DNA from: an uncultured Acidimicrobiaceae bacterium
Lineage (GTDB): Bacteria > Actinomycetota > Acidimicrobiia > Acidimicrobiales > Bog-793
DNA length: 64,000 bases
Assembly: GCA_963807575.1 (NCBI GenBank)
Contig: CAWECD010000017.1
Location: 125,176-189,175, forward strand
Reading direction: 5' to 3'
Under the pieces are notes generated by a model, which searched no databases, had not been told where the DNA came from, and was given only the letters and a program-made list of their open reading frames with translations. The stretch's first letter is position 1. Every line of letters starts with the position of its first letter. Of the stretch, positions 1 to 9,657 are shown piece by piece. A program made the position numbers and the translations under genes.

Positions 1-1
1 C

Positions 2-508
2 AAGCGAGCCGCGCGCCGGTTGTCGGGTTCTCTCGCTCTGGAGTCCGGCGATGGCGACATCGAGCGTCTGACCGGAGGCGTCGACCTCATCGTCGACTGC
101 GTCGGCACCTCGGCATCCTTGGAGCAGTGCCTCGAGGTCGTGCGCCCCGGTGGCCGGATCGTGCTCGTCGGCATGCCAGGCGTGGTGAGAGTGGACCTGG
201 CCCCCCTCTGGCAACGCGAGATCGAGCTGCGCGGCGCCTACGCTTATGGGAGTGAGGACCGACCCGGAGGGCCACGGTCGACCTTCCAGCTCGCCTTGGA
301 GCTCGTGCGGGAGGCTCGTCTCGATCGTCTTGTCTCGGCGCGCTACCCCCTGGAACGTTACGAAGACGCCGTCGCGCACGCCGCCGCGGCGGGCCGTCGT
401 GGTGCGGTGAAGATCGTGTTCGACATGCGCAAGGCCGTACCCGGCCCGGACGCGCCCAACTCACGGAGCGCCAGGCCCGACTCGGCACCGACCAAGGAGG
501 CAATGTGA
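2..508 (+). CDS. Zn-dependent alcohol dehydrogenase (MDR) family protein, C-terminal part; 5' end lies outside window
   Basis: Frame open to window start; Rossmann-type motifs VDLIVDCVG and GGRIVLVGMPG typical of medium-chain dehydrogenase/reductase C-terminal domain. Confidence 0.6.
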   Translation, partial: KRAARRLSGSLALESGDGDIERLTGGVDLIVDCVGTSASLEQCLEVVRPGGRIVLVGMPGVVRVDLAPLWQREIELRGAYAYGSEDRPGGPRSTFQLALELVREARLDRLVSARYPLERYEDAVAHAAAAGRRGAVKIVFDMRKAVPGPDAPNSRSARPDSAPTKEAM

Positions 509-2094
509 GTCCTAGGCCTGGCTTCGTCCTCGAGGTCGACCGATCGACTCCGGCGACGTTGATTTGGCACGGCGAGGGGTTCCGGCTCGAGCGGCTCCCT
601 GTCGGGACCAGGGTCGTCTATGGGCCGGAAGCCCTCGATCCCCTCGCGGATCCCGACCAAGCCATCCGACACGCCCTCGAGAACCCCCTCGGTGACTCGC
701 AGCCTCTCCGCACGCTGCTGTTTCCCGGTATGCGGCTCACGATCGCGTTCGACGACATCTCGCTCCCCCTGCCACCGATGCGGCCCCCCGACTCGCGCCA
801 GCGCGTGATCGAAGCGGTACTCGACCTGGCCGCCGACGCGGGTGTGGACGACGTCGTGCTCATCGCGGCACTCGCCCTGCACCGTCGCATGACCGATCCC
901 GAGCTGCGCCACGCCCTCGGCGACCGCGTGTTCGAAGCGTTTGCCCCGCACGGGCTTCTGTTGCAGCACGATGCCGAGGACCCGTCGAACCTCGTCCACC
1001 TCGGAATGACCGAGCAGGGAGAGGACGTCGAGATCAGCCGCCGGGCGGCCGAGAGCGACCTGCTCGTGTACGTGAACATCAACCTCGTCCCCATGGACGG
1101 GGGCCACAAGTCCGTCGCGACGGGTCTCGCCTCCTACCGGAGCCTCAAGCACCACCACAACGTGCGCTCGATGCTCAACAGCCGCTCGTTCATGGACATC
1201 CACCGCTCCGAGTTGCACCACTCGAACTGGCGCATGGGCCGGGTGATAGCCGAGTCCGGCGTGAAGATCTTCCAGATCGAGACGACGCTCAACACCAATA
1301 CGTTCCCCGAACAGCTCGGTTTCCTGCAAAAGCGTGAATGGGAGTGGTCGCTGCGTGACCGGGCAAGCTTCCTCGCGGCTTCCAGCGCACTCGAGCGGAC
1401 GCCGGCGGGAATCAGCCGCAAGATCTTCCACGCCGTTCGTGCACCCCATGAGATGACCTCGGTCCAGGCCGGCGCCGTGGAGGCCGTTCACGAGGTCACG
1501 CTCGCCAACATCTACCGACAGCAGTTGGTCGAAGTCTCGGGGCAGACCGACGTGCTCACGATGGGCTTGCCCTACATCGGTCCGTACAACGTCAACTCGA
1601 CGATGAACCCGATTCTCGTCGCGTGCTTGGGGCTCGGCTACTTCTTCAACCTCTATCGCGGCAAGCCCCTTGTGCGCGAGGGCGGTGTAGTGATCATCTC
1701 GCACCCGACACAGTGGGAGTTCAACCCAGTACATCACCCTAGCTACATCGACTTCTTCGAACAGGTGCTCGCCGAGACCACCGACATGTTCGAGATCGAG
1801 GCGAAGTACGAAGAGTCCTTTGCCACCGATCCTTGGTACATCCACCTCTACCGGACCAGCTACGCCTACCACGGTGTCCACCCGCTCTACATGTGGTACT
1901 GGTGCGCCCACGCCCTTTCGCATCTCGGTCGCGTGATCGTGGTCGGGGGCGATCGGGCGGCCGTGCGCCGCTTGGGCTTCTCCCCCGCGTCCAGTTTCGC
2001 TGATGCCCTGGAGCTCGCCGAGGACGTCGTCGGCAGGGATCCCACGATCACTCACCTACACGTGCCGAGCTTGCTCTTCGCGGACGTGAAATGA
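505..2094 (+). CDS. LarA-like / DUF2088 (lactate-racemase-domain) protein, tentative
   Basis: 529-aa ORF, start overlaps upstream stop (ATGA); internal PMDGGHKS and His-rich segment loosely resemble LarA Ni-pincer anchoring region; assignment from memory only. Confidence 0.4.
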   Translation: MSPRPGFVLEVDRSTPATLIWHGEGFRLERLPVGTRVVYGPEALDPLADPDQAIRHALENPLGDSQPLRTLLFPGMRLTIAFDDISLPLPPMRPPDSRQRVIEAVLDLAADAGVDDVVLIAALALHRRMTDPELRHALGDRVFEAFAPHGLLLQHDAEDPSNLVHLGMTEQGEDVEISRRAAESDLLVYVNINLVPMDGGHKSVATGLASYRSLKHHHNVRSMLNSRSFMDIHRSELHHSNWRMGRVIAESGVKIFQIETTLNTNTFPEQLGFLQKREWEWSLRDRASFLAASSALERTPAGISRKIFHAVRAPHEMTSVQAGAVEAVHEVTLANIYRQQLVEVSGQTDVLTMGLPYIGPYNVNSTMNPILVACLGLGYFFNLYRGKPLVREGGVVIISHPTQWEFNPVHHPSYIDFFEQVLAETTDMFEIEAKYEESFATDPWYIHLYRTSYAYHGVHPLYMWYWCAHALSHLGRVIVVGGDRAAVRRLGFSPASSFADALELAEDVVGRDPTITHLHVPSLLFADVK

Positions 2095-3035
2095 CGCGGC
2101 GCGTCCGTGGGGTCGCGGGGCTCGACCGGGACGGACTGCGCTTCGTAACCGAGAAGCCGATGAGGCCCGTCGGCCTCGTCACGCCCATACCCAAGCGCAA
2201 ACTCGGCATCGACTACGACACTGCGTGGACCCGGCGTTACCCTGTGCGCCTCGCGCGCGCCGTCGTCCTGGACGACATCGCGCGGCCGGTCGCGCGCGTG
2301 GTGCTCTCACCCCGAGTGATCGGCCTCGAACATCTCGATCCTGTTCAGGGTCCGATGATCCTCGCTGCAAACCACGCGAGCCACCTCGACACCGGCCTGT
2401 TGCTTTCGAGCCTGCCGGTGCGGTTACGCCACCACACCGTCGTCGCCGCGGCGGCCGACTACTTCTTCGACCGCCGTTGGAAGGCCGCCTTCTGGTCCTT
2501 CGGCCTCGGAGCCATCCCGATGGAGCGCTCCAAGCTCAATCGCCGTTCGGCGGATCTGGCCTCGAGCCTCATCAACGACGGGTGGAACCTCATCATCTTC
2601 CCCGAAGGCGGCCGTACTGAAGACGGGTGGGGACGTGAGTTCAAGGGCGGCGCGTCTTATCTAGCCAAACGCTGCGGTGTCCCGGTGATCCCCGTGCATA
2701 TTCGGGGAACGCGCGCCGTGCTCGCAAAGAGCAGCTCCCGCTTTCGTCCGGGCTCGACGGAGATCCGCCTCGGCGACGCTCTCATCGCCTTCGAGCACGA
2801 GGACGCGCGCAAGTTCGCCGCCCGGATAGAGCGGGCCGTCGCTGCCCTCGCCGACGAGGCCGAGTCGGACTGGTGGTCCGCCCGCCGTCGTGCCGCGGCC
2901 GGCACGACGCCGCCGTTCCGAGGTCCCGAGGCCGCCGCATGGCGGCGCGAGTGGTCCCTGCCGGACTCAGCGCGTAAGGACCAGCGCACAGCCCGCGAAC
3001 ACCACAAACGCAAACCATGGAGCCGCGATGACTGA
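2091..3035 (+). CDS. 1-acyl-sn-glycerol-3-phosphate acyltransferase (PlsC family)
   Basis: HxxxxD acyltransferase motif (NHASHLD) and FPEGGR motif; start overlaps previous stop. Confidence 0.75.
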   Translation: MTRRVRGVAGLDRDGLRFVTEKPMRPVGLVTPIPKRKLGIDYDTAWTRRYPVRLARAVVLDDIARPVARVVLSPRVIGLEHLDPVQGPMILAANHASHLDTGLLLSSLPVRLRHHTVVAAAADYFFDRRWKAAFWSFGLGAIPMERSKLNRRSADLASSLINDGWNLIIFPEGGRTEDGWGREFKGGASYLAKRCGVPVIPVHIRGTRAVLAKSSSRFRPGSTEIRLGDALIAFEHEDARKFAARIERAVAALADEAESDWWSARRRAAAGTTPPFRGPEAAAWRREWSLPDSARKDQRTAREHHKRKPWSRDD

Positions 3036-3576
3036 ACCTGAGCTGTCCCCTCACAGGCGCGGCGTGCGCCGAGTGCCCGCCGCCGTGCGTTCGAGGCTCA
3101 CGGTCCTCGCGCTTGTGGCATTCGCGGGCGCCCTGTCCAGTTGCGGGGTCAGCACGTCGCTCGGCAACGCGGCGCTCGCTCCCCTCTCGGCGCTGCCCGA
3201 CACAGACGTGGTACTCGAGACGAACCTCCAGTCCGCGGTAGAGGGCGGGATCGCCCAAGCCGGCATTTCCGGCTCCAGCGGCGGCCTGACGACGACCGGG
3301 CCGCCGACTTCACCGAGCGTGGTGAGTGTTGCGAGTACCACCGCCGTGTCCGTCTACACCGCTTTCAATCCGGCCGACCGGCACTGCCTGGGGACCTTCG
3401 TCCTCGCGCCGGGCGCTCCCTTCGCCGTGCTCGGAGAGACGACTTCCGGCCGCTACGACTTCTGGTTCGGGCCGACGACGACTGTGGACTGCACCGCCAG
3501 CGTGTTCACGACCGAGACCACGGTGCCCTCGGGATGGGCCGCGGGCGATCCCTCCACGAATTGGCCGGGCATCTGA
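3028..3576 (+). CDS. putative lipoprotein (hypothetical)
   Basis: Internal ATG at 3028 gives signal peptide LTVLALVAFAGALSSC with lipobox-like LSSC; Thr/Ser/Gly-rich mature part. Confidence 0.5.
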   Translation: MTEPELSPHRRGVRRVPAAVRSRLTVLALVAFAGALSSCGVSTSLGNAALAPLSALPDTDVVLETNLQSAVEGGIAQAGISGSSGGLTTTGPPTSPSVVSVASTTAVSVYTAFNPADRHCLGTFVLAPGAPFAVLGETTSGRYDFWFGPTTTVDCTASVFTTETTVPSGWAAGDPSTNWPGI

Positions 3577-3605
3577 GCAGGGGCCGCCGCCTCAAGCACG
3601 CTGAG

Positions 3606-4328
3606 TCAGAGACGCGACCTCGCTGCCATTGAGCCCCAGGTCGCGCCGATCACGTAGCCCCTCCCACGAACCAGGCTCCGGCGCCACTCGACCGGCCGAT
3701 CGCCGGCGTAGGCGACGCGCTCGACCTCGAAGACACCTTCGCCACGGCCTGGTCGCAGCAGCTTGCGCTCGACCTGGTTACAGGTGACTGCCCGGAGCCT
3801 CTCGCTCCCGCCGGTGATCCGCACGGCACAGAGCGTCTCGAGCAGGCCATAGAGGGAGCCCTGAGTGAGATCACCACTCACCAACGCCCGTCGTTGCGTG
3901 GCATCGATCGCCAGTGCCGACCGATCCAGCGCGAGCGGCACATCGTCCGCGTACCGGAGGCGCTCGATCCACTGGACCACCTCGTGACTGTCGGTCCCGA
4001 GCGCCCGACCGGCCGTCTCACCCGCCGGCCCTTCCGCGATGCGTAGCACCCTGCTCGCCTCAGCGAGCCCAGCGGCTGTGATCGCCTGCGCGAGCCCTGC
4101 GGTCCCAAGTATCGGGGCGTCGAGCTGGCGGCGCACGACGAAGGTCCCGCTGCCACGCCGGGCGTCGAGCAACCCCTCGTCGCGTAGGTGGCGAATGGCC
4201 TCTCTGACCGTCGCCCGGCTCACGCCGAAGGTCGTCACGAGCTCGGCCTCTGTGGGGAACCGGTCGTCGAACTCGCCGACACCCAGGCTTCGCCGGAGCT
4301 CAGCGGCAAGCTGCGCCCAAAGCGGCAT
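3606..4328 (-). CDS. GntR-family transcriptional regulator (HutC/UTRA subfamily)
   Basis: N-terminal winged HTH (FPTEAELVTTFGVSRATVREAIRHLRDEGLL) plus UTRA-like effector domain; start taken at internal ATG (MPLWAQL) since upstream part of ORF is low complexity. Confidence 0.75.
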   Translation of the reverse strand: MPLWAQLAAELRRSLGVGEFDDRFPTEAELVTTFGVSRATVREAIRHLRDEGLLDARRGSGTFVVRRQLDAPILGTAGLAQAITAAGLAEASRVLRIAEGPAGETAGRALGTDSHEVVQWIERLRYADDVPLALDRSALAIDATQRRALVSGDLTQGSLYGLLETLCAVRITGGSERLRAVTCNQVERKLLRPGRGEGVFEVERVAYAGDRPVEWRRSLVRGRGYVIGATWGSMAARSRL

Positions 4329-4401
4329 CGGATCGCTCGCATCCAGGGGCCTCACCGCGTCCGGCCCCCGCAGCGGTCCGGACTTGGCTGCCCGGTCGTC
4401 G

Positions 4402-4773
4402 TCACGCTGACAACCACCCGACCAGGAACGACCCCAGGATGACCGAGAGCACAGTTGCCGAGATCGCAGTGAAGAGCCAGTCGCGACGGCGTGTGAACGC
4501 GACCGCACTAGTGAGGAGCCCCGCGACGGGAGTGAGGATCAGCAGCAGAACCCCGGCCACAATTATCGCCTCACCACTGCCGCGCAGGATCCCGTGCCAC
4601 ACTGCCGTGAACGAATGCGGGAAGCCCGCCCTTCCTGCGAGGTGAGCCTGTTCGACAGCGTGCGAGCCGAAGGACGCCGGGTCGCCGATGAGGCCGACGA
4701 CATATCCCGTCAGCAGGATCGCCGCGCTCACGAGCACGCCGACGCGCAACACCTTCCCCACGGCCGCGCGCAC
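4402..4773 (-). CDS. DUF1634-like small membrane protein
   Basis: Two to three hydrophobic helices (VLRVGVLVSAAILLTGYVVGLIG ... IIVAGVLLLILTPVAGLL); immediately downstream of TauE gene as is typical; start uncertain (GTG chosen, ORF extends to 4923). Confidence 0.5.
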   Translation of the reverse strand: MRAAVGKVLRVGVLVSAAILLTGYVVGLIGDPASFGSHAVEQAHLAGRAGFPHSFTAVWHGILRGSGEAIIVAGVLLLILTPVAGLLTSAVAFTRRRDWLFTAISATVLSVILGSFLVGWLSA

Positions 4774-4826
4774 TCCACGCGGCGAAGGCGGGGTGAGGGC
4801 GCCATGGCCCCGAGCCGGCACAGCCG

Positions 4827-5717
4827 TCAACCGATCCCCTTCCAGATCATCTGGACGGCGACAACGCCGAGCACGCTGACAAACACCACCCGAAGACGAT
4901 CCGAGCGCATGCCCGCGAGCCACTTGGACCCCTGCGTCGCACCCAAGAGGATGCCGATCGCGACCGGGCCCGCGATGAGCGGGTCGATGTCGCCCCGGGC
5001 GAAATAGACCACTGCGCTCGCTGCCGCAGTCAGCCCGATCAACAGGTTGCTAGTCGCGGTCGAGACCTTCATGGGGATGTGCATCGCCAAGTCCATCGCC
5101 GGCACTTTCAGCACGCCCGAACCGATCCCCAGCAAGCCGCTGAGCATCCCGGCAAGGTACATCAGCGCGAGACCGAGCCCCGTGTTGGCCACGACATAGG
5201 GCACATCCAACCCTTCGGCCTCGTCGTAGTAGGCCGAATGGAGCGCCAGTCGGTCAGCCAGCCTGCCCCCGTGAACCGCTCCCTCCACGACGCAGGCGGA
5301 CGCGCCGACGCTCTCCAACGCAGGGTCGCGGCCCTTGGGCACCGGGATCCTGCGCTTGCGGATCATCCGCACTCCCGAGACTGCGAGAACTATGCCGAAC
5401 AGGGCAAACAGGAAGCGCGCATCGAAAACGCCGGCCAGCAGTGCTCCCGTCACGGCCCCAAGCGTCGTCGCCAGTGCGAGAAACGTAGCGACCCGCAGGT
5501 TGGTGATGCTCTCGCTTACGTTCCTCGCGGCACCTGCCGAAGACGTGGCCGCCACCGCGACGATCGAGGTTCCGATCGCAAGCCGGATATCGAGGTGAAA
5601 GGCCAGCGTGAGGACCGGCACGATCACGAAGCCACCGCCGAGGCCGAGCAACGCGCCCAGCGCGCCCGCCAAGATCGAGACCCCGAAGAGCACAAGGGAC
5701 AGCTCGATGAGGGTCAC
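4827..5717 (-). CDS. sulfite exporter TauE/SafE family membrane protein
   Basis: Duplicated 4-TM halves with GxGGG-type motif (LLGLGGGFVIVPVL) characteristic of TauE/SafE. Confidence 0.8.
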   Translation of the reverse strand: MTLIELSLVLFGVSILAGALGALLGLGGGFVIVPVLTLAFHLDIRLAIGTSIVAVAATSSAGAARNVSESITNLRVATFLALATTLGAVTGALLAGVFDARFLFALFGIVLAVSGVRMIRKRRIPVPKGRDPALESVGASACVVEGAVHGGRLADRLALHSAYYDEAEGLDVPYVVANTGLGLALMYLAGMLSGLLGIGSGVLKVPAMDLAMHIPMKVSTATSNLLIGLTAAASAVVYFARGDIDPLIAGPVAIGILLGATQGSKWLAGMRSDRLRVVFVSVLGVVAVQMIWKGIG

Positions 5718-6009
5718 GAAACTAGAGCCTACAGTTGTTCGTACAATCGGACAACACTGATCTGTGCGAAGCGTCGGACCGCTGGTTCCTCATCGCCTAC
5801 AACCCCATGGAGGAACCCTCCCAGCGACCTCAGCACGGAGCAAAACCCGCCCGCAGACGCGGAGAAAGGGCCGGTGGGGGGGATACCGGCCCCTTCTCAA
5901 GACTCTTCAGTTGCTGGAGGGGGGATTCCGCTACTGAGGTCTATGTACATAGTGCACGATTTCACAGCATCGGTCAAACAGTTCTTACCGATAGCTGATA
6001 TCGTCGATA

Positions 6010-6981
6010 GTGATGGAGCTGCGCCAACTGAGTGCGATCGTCGGCATAGCCGATCATGGTTCGTTCTCCGCGGCCGCCGGCGCGCTCCAAACAGTCCAGT
6101 CGAACATCTCTGCCCACGTTAAGAAGCTCGAACGTGAGCTCGGCTGCGAGCTGGTCGATCGCCCCACCGGACGGTTGACCGAGGCCGGCGCGCTCGTCGT
6201 CGCCCGCTCGCGGCGGGTTCAGGTGGAGCTTGACGCGATGCTCTCCGATGTGCTCGCGCTTACCCGCGAAGTTGCCGGAACCGTCCGGATCGGGATCATC
6301 GGGACGACCGCCCGGTGGCTCGTGCCTCAGTTGCTGCGCACTGCCCCCCAGCGATACCCCCACCTCCATCTGGTCTTCGTTGAATTGACAACCACGAGGC
6401 TTGATGCCCAACTCGCAACGGGCGAGGTCGACCTCGCCGTGCTCAACCTTCCGGCGAAGGGAACCGATCTCGCGCTGACCCCACTTTTCGAAGAGGATCT
6501 TGTCCTGGTCGTGCCCGCCGACCACCCTCTGGCAGGCTCGCGCGAGGTCAGCATCCGCGCGCTGAAGGGGATGCCCTTGTTGCTGCCCGTTGCCGGCACC
6601 GCGTTTCGGGCCGACCTCGATGCCGTCCTCAACTTGACCGACACGACGTTGCTCGCGCGCGCCGAGATCGACGGAACTCGCCTCATCGCCTCGCTGACCT
6701 TCGAGGGTTGGGGCCCCTCCATCCTGCCGGCGACCGCCGTGCCGAGCTACCTGCGTGGCAGCTTCGCGCTCGTCAAACTCACCGAGATTCCCCGCCGGCT
6801 CATCGGGGTCGTCCAGCGGGCGACGGGACTGCCCTCGGCGCCGGCGCGGGCCGTGCTCGACCTGCTGACCGAGATCGTCTTCGATCCCTCCAGGATCCCC
6901 GAGGGGCTTTCCCCGGTCCCTCCCGATTCCCAGCACCCTCGCAGTGCCGGTGCCCCCGAACCAGGCGTCGTCGTGCTATAG
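6010..6981 (+). CDS. LysR-family transcriptional regulator
   Basis: N-terminal HTH (MELRQLSAIVGIADHGSFSAAAGALQTVQSNISAHVKKLE) and LysR substrate-binding domain; divergent from TauE/DUF1634 pair. Confidence 0.85.
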   Translation: MMELRQLSAIVGIADHGSFSAAAGALQTVQSNISAHVKKLERELGCELVDRPTGRLTEAGALVVARSRRVQVELDAMLSDVLALTREVAGTVRIGIIGTTARWLVPQLLRTAPQRYPHLHLVFVELTTTRLDAQLATGEVDLAVLNLPAKGTDLALTPLFEEDLVLVVPADHPLAGSREVSIRALKGMPLLLPVAGTAFRADLDAVLNLTDTTLLARAEIDGTRLIASLTFEGWGPSILPATAVPSYLRGSFALVKLTEIPRRLIGVVQRATGLPSAPARAVLDLLTEIVFDPSRIPEGLSPVPPDSQHPRSAGAPEPGVVVL

Positions 6982-7587
6982 GCGCGGCCTGAGAGGCTCT
7001 CGCCACATCAGCCACAACCGGACCGAGCTGCCAGGCACACTCACCTCGCCGGTGACTTCGAAGCCGTGGTGTCGGTAAAAGCTGACGTTGCCCTGCTTCG
7101 AGGACTCCAGATAGGCAGCGAGCCCATCGCGGTCGCAGATCTCCAGCACCGGAGCCAGCACAGCAGAGCCAAGACCTCTTCCTTGCCACCCTGGGTCCGT
7201 GCCGAGCCCGCCCAGGTAATAGTGGGGAGCCTTCGGGTGGTGGGACTCGACGAGCCGGACGAGCCGGAGTGCCGGTCCCGTCCGCCTCCCCAAGATCCAG
7301 AGCAGCGGAAGCTCCGCGATCACCTCGCGCATCGGGGGTGGACCGGACTGAGGAGGCATCCACATCGCGATCGATCGGCAGTCTTCGGTCGTGTAGGCCG
7401 ATCCTCTCTTCATGTACGTATTGCGGAGCTGAAACCTGAAGAAACGGCGCAAGGCTTGGTCTCGTGTTCGCGGATCGGGGAACACGTAGGCCAGCATCGG
7501 ATCGTCGTGGAAGGCCCGGACGAGGGACGCGGCAGCCGCGGGCACATCGGCTGGACGCACCAGGTGAACCTGTGGCACCGCAGGCAT
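6976..7587 (-). CDS. GNAT-family N-acetyltransferase
   Basis: C-terminal acetyl-CoA binding motif QGRGLGSAVLAPVLEICDRDGLAAYLES...FYRHHGFE; start placed at internal ATG. Confidence 0.7.
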   Translation of the reverse strand: MPAVPQVHLVRPADVPAAAASLVRAFHDDPMLAYVFPDPRTRDQALRRFFRFQLRNTYMKRGSAYTTEDCRSIAMWMPPQSGPPPMREVIAELPLLWILGRRTGPALRLVRLVESHHPKAPHYYLGGLGTDPGWQGRGLGSAVLAPVLEICDRDGLAAYLESSKQGNVSFYRHHGFEVTGEVSVPGSSVRLWLMWREPLRPRL

Positions 7588-7665
7588 GGTAGTGGTGTCG
7601 TCATCGTGCCCGGGGAGCATTGGCTGACGGGGAATCCGCGGGTGCCTCGCGGGGTTCTCGCTCTC

Positions 7666-8271
7666 ATGACCCCAACCCCCTTCTCCATCAACTGGGACTA
7701 TCGCTGCCCCTTTGCCCGCAACGCACACGAGCACCTTGTGGTCGCCCTCGAGGCCGGCGCCCCGTTCGAGGCCAGCTTCGTGCCGTTCTCACTCGACCAG
7801 GTGCACGCCGAGGAGGGCAGTACGCCGGTCTGGGAAGACCCGCAACGACAAGCGGGCCTGCTCGCCGGACAGGTCGGGATCGTCGTGCGCGACCGTTTCC
7901 CCGAGAAGTTCCTGCGCACCCACCTGGCACTGTTCGCGCTCCGCCATGACCACGGTCGCGACCTGCGCGACAGGGATGCGCTGGCCTCGGTGCTGGCGCA
8001 GGAGGGTGTCGATCCCGATCAGGTCTTCGACGAGATCATGAGCGGGTGGCCGCTCGACGAGTACCGCAAGTCTCACGAGAGGGCGGTCGTCGACAATGCT
8101 GTCTTCGGAGTGCCGACATTCGTGACGAACGGCCAGGCAGCCTTCGTGCGGATCATGACAAGGCCGGGCAACGACGCCACGTTGGCGACCCAGACCATCG
8201 AGCGGGTTCTCGACCTTCTCGGCAATCACGTCGAGTTGAACGAGTTCAAGCACACCTCAATCCCCAACTAA
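7666..8271 (+). CDS. DsbA-like thioredoxin-fold protein (2-hydroxychromene-2-carboxylate isomerase/FrnE-like)
   Basis: Only the last 201 codons of the 7066-8271 ORF look protein-like (INWDYRCPFARNAHEHL ... VFGVPTFV); upstream part is antisense to GNAT gene. Confidence 0.65.
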   Translation: MTPTPFSINWDYRCPFARNAHEHLVVALEAGAPFEASFVPFSLDQVHAEEGSTPVWEDPQRQAGLLAGQVGIVVRDRFPEKFLRTHLALFALRHDHGRDLRDRDALASVLAQEGVDPDQVFDEIMSGWPLDEYRKSHERAVVDNAVFGVPTFVTNGQAAFVRIMTRPGNDATLATQTIERVLDLLGNHVELNEFKHTSIPN

Positions 8272-8305
8272 ACGTCCACGGCCCCCCACTGCTAGGGTCG
8301 GCTGC

Positions 8306-9571
8306 ATGCGGATAATTTCAGAGCAAGAGCTCGGGAACAGGCTCGGTTCCCTGTCCGAGACGGCGCCGCGGGTTGTCGTCACCGGCAACTGGGGCTCGCC
8401 CAGGAGGGCACTCGAGATCCTCGACGCGAACCTCGAAAACTACCGGGTGTTCATGGTGGGTTCCCATCATCCCATCTCGTCCCGGCCGGGCGTGCGTTAC
8501 GAGACGCCCTTTGTCGGGGCCGGAATGCGCCATTCCTCCGCGCTCGACTACATACCAATGCGACTCTCCCTGGTTCCGCGGCTGTTTGCGATCTCCCACC
8601 CGCCCGATGTCCTCCTGCTCCAAACCTCGACATCGAGAGACGGCAAAGTGTCGCTCGGCATCGAGGTCAACGTCCTGCCGGCGGCTTTGGAGGCGGCACG
8701 CGCACGCGGTGCGCTCGTTGTCGCCCAGGTCAATCCTCAGATGCCGTACACCTTCGGCGAAGGGGAGATCGCGACGGACATCATCGACGTCGCCATCGAG
8801 GTGGATGAAGCTCTCGACATCACCGAGGCGCACTCCTCTGATGGCCGAAAGGATCAGATCGGTGACTACATAGCCAATCTCGTGCCAGACGGCGCCACGC
8901 TGCAACTCGGGATAGGCGCGATACCCGATGCAACCTTGGAACGGCTCGTGCGGCGCCGCGGGCTGCGGATCTGGTCGGAGATGATCAGCGACGGCGTTCT
9001 CACTCTGGAGCGGTCGGGAGCTCTTGACCCAGACCGTCAGATCGTCACGTCGTTCATCGGCGGATCCGAGGAGCTCTACAAGTGGGCCGACGGCAATCCC
9101 AGGCTGCGGATGTTCCGGACCGAGACCACCAACGACCCGGCGATGATCGCGGTCAACCCGATGATGATCTCCATCAACGCGGCCGTGCAGATCGACCTAT
9201 TTGCCCAGGCGAACGCGAGCTACGTCGGTGGCCGCATCTTTTCCGGCTTCGGTGGTCAGACCGACTTCATCGTCGGGGCGCTGCACTCCGCCGGCGGGCA
9301 GGCCGTGATCGGTCTGCCATCGTGGCACGAAAAGTCGAAGACCTCTACCGTGGTCCCGCTCTTGGACATGCCCGCGACTTCGTTCCAGCATTCGGTCGTG
9401 GTCACCGATCAAGGTTGCGCCCACGTCTTCGGGCGCAGCCAGCACGACCAGGCCCGCCTGCTCATCGAAAAGGCTGCCGCTCCGCAGGCTCGCGACGAAC
9501 TCTGGGACGCCGCCGAGCGACTCGGCCTCGCGGACGCCAACAGCGGGACCAAGCCGCCCGACAATCTCTAG
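8306..9571 (+). CDS. acetyl-CoA hydrolase/transferase family protein (4-hydroxybutyrate CoA-transferase-like)
   Basis: 421 aa with family-typical two-domain layout and SGFGGQTDF motif region. Confidence 0.8.
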   Translation: MRIISEQELGNRLGSLSETAPRVVVTGNWGSPRRALEILDANLENYRVFMVGSHHPISSRPGVRYETPFVGAGMRHSSALDYIPMRLSLVPRLFAISHPPDVLLLQTSTSRDGKVSLGIEVNVLPAALEAARARGALVVAQVNPQMPYTFGEGEIATDIIDVAIEVDEALDITEAHSSDGRKDQIGDYIANLVPDGATLQLGIGAIPDATLERLVRRRGLRIWSEMISDGVLTLERSGALDPDRQIVTSFIGGSEELYKWADGNPRLRMFRTETTNDPAMIAVNPMMISINAAVQIDLFAQANASYVGGRIFSGFGGQTDFIVGALHSAGGQAVIGLPSWHEKSKTSTVVPLLDMPATSFQHSVVVTDQGCAHVFGRSQHDQARLLIEKAAAPQARDELWDAAERLGLADANSGTKPPDNL

Positions 9572-9657
9572 CTCCCAGCCCAGAGGCGACGCGCCCAGCT
9601 AACAACCACCGCGGCCGTGAGCACACGCCCCGGTGCGCGAAAACGGGCTCGCGACGC

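Noticed and set aside
358-2055. Long antisense or alternate-frame ORFs (e.g. 358-2055 minus, 5079-6122 plus, 5974-6936 minus, 30499-31545 plus, 38963-40471 plus, 40980-41828 minus, 42281-43360 minus, 48436-50175 plus, 52923-54092 plus, 54416-55480 minus)
   Set aside because: Arg/Pro/Gly-rich low-complexity translations typical of open frames in 70% GC DNA; each overlaps a gene with clear homology on the other strand or frame.
7066-7665. N-terminal 200 codons of the 7066-8271 ORF
   Set aside because: Antisense to the GNAT gene and low complexity; only the DsbA-like C-terminal part (from ATG 7666) looks real.
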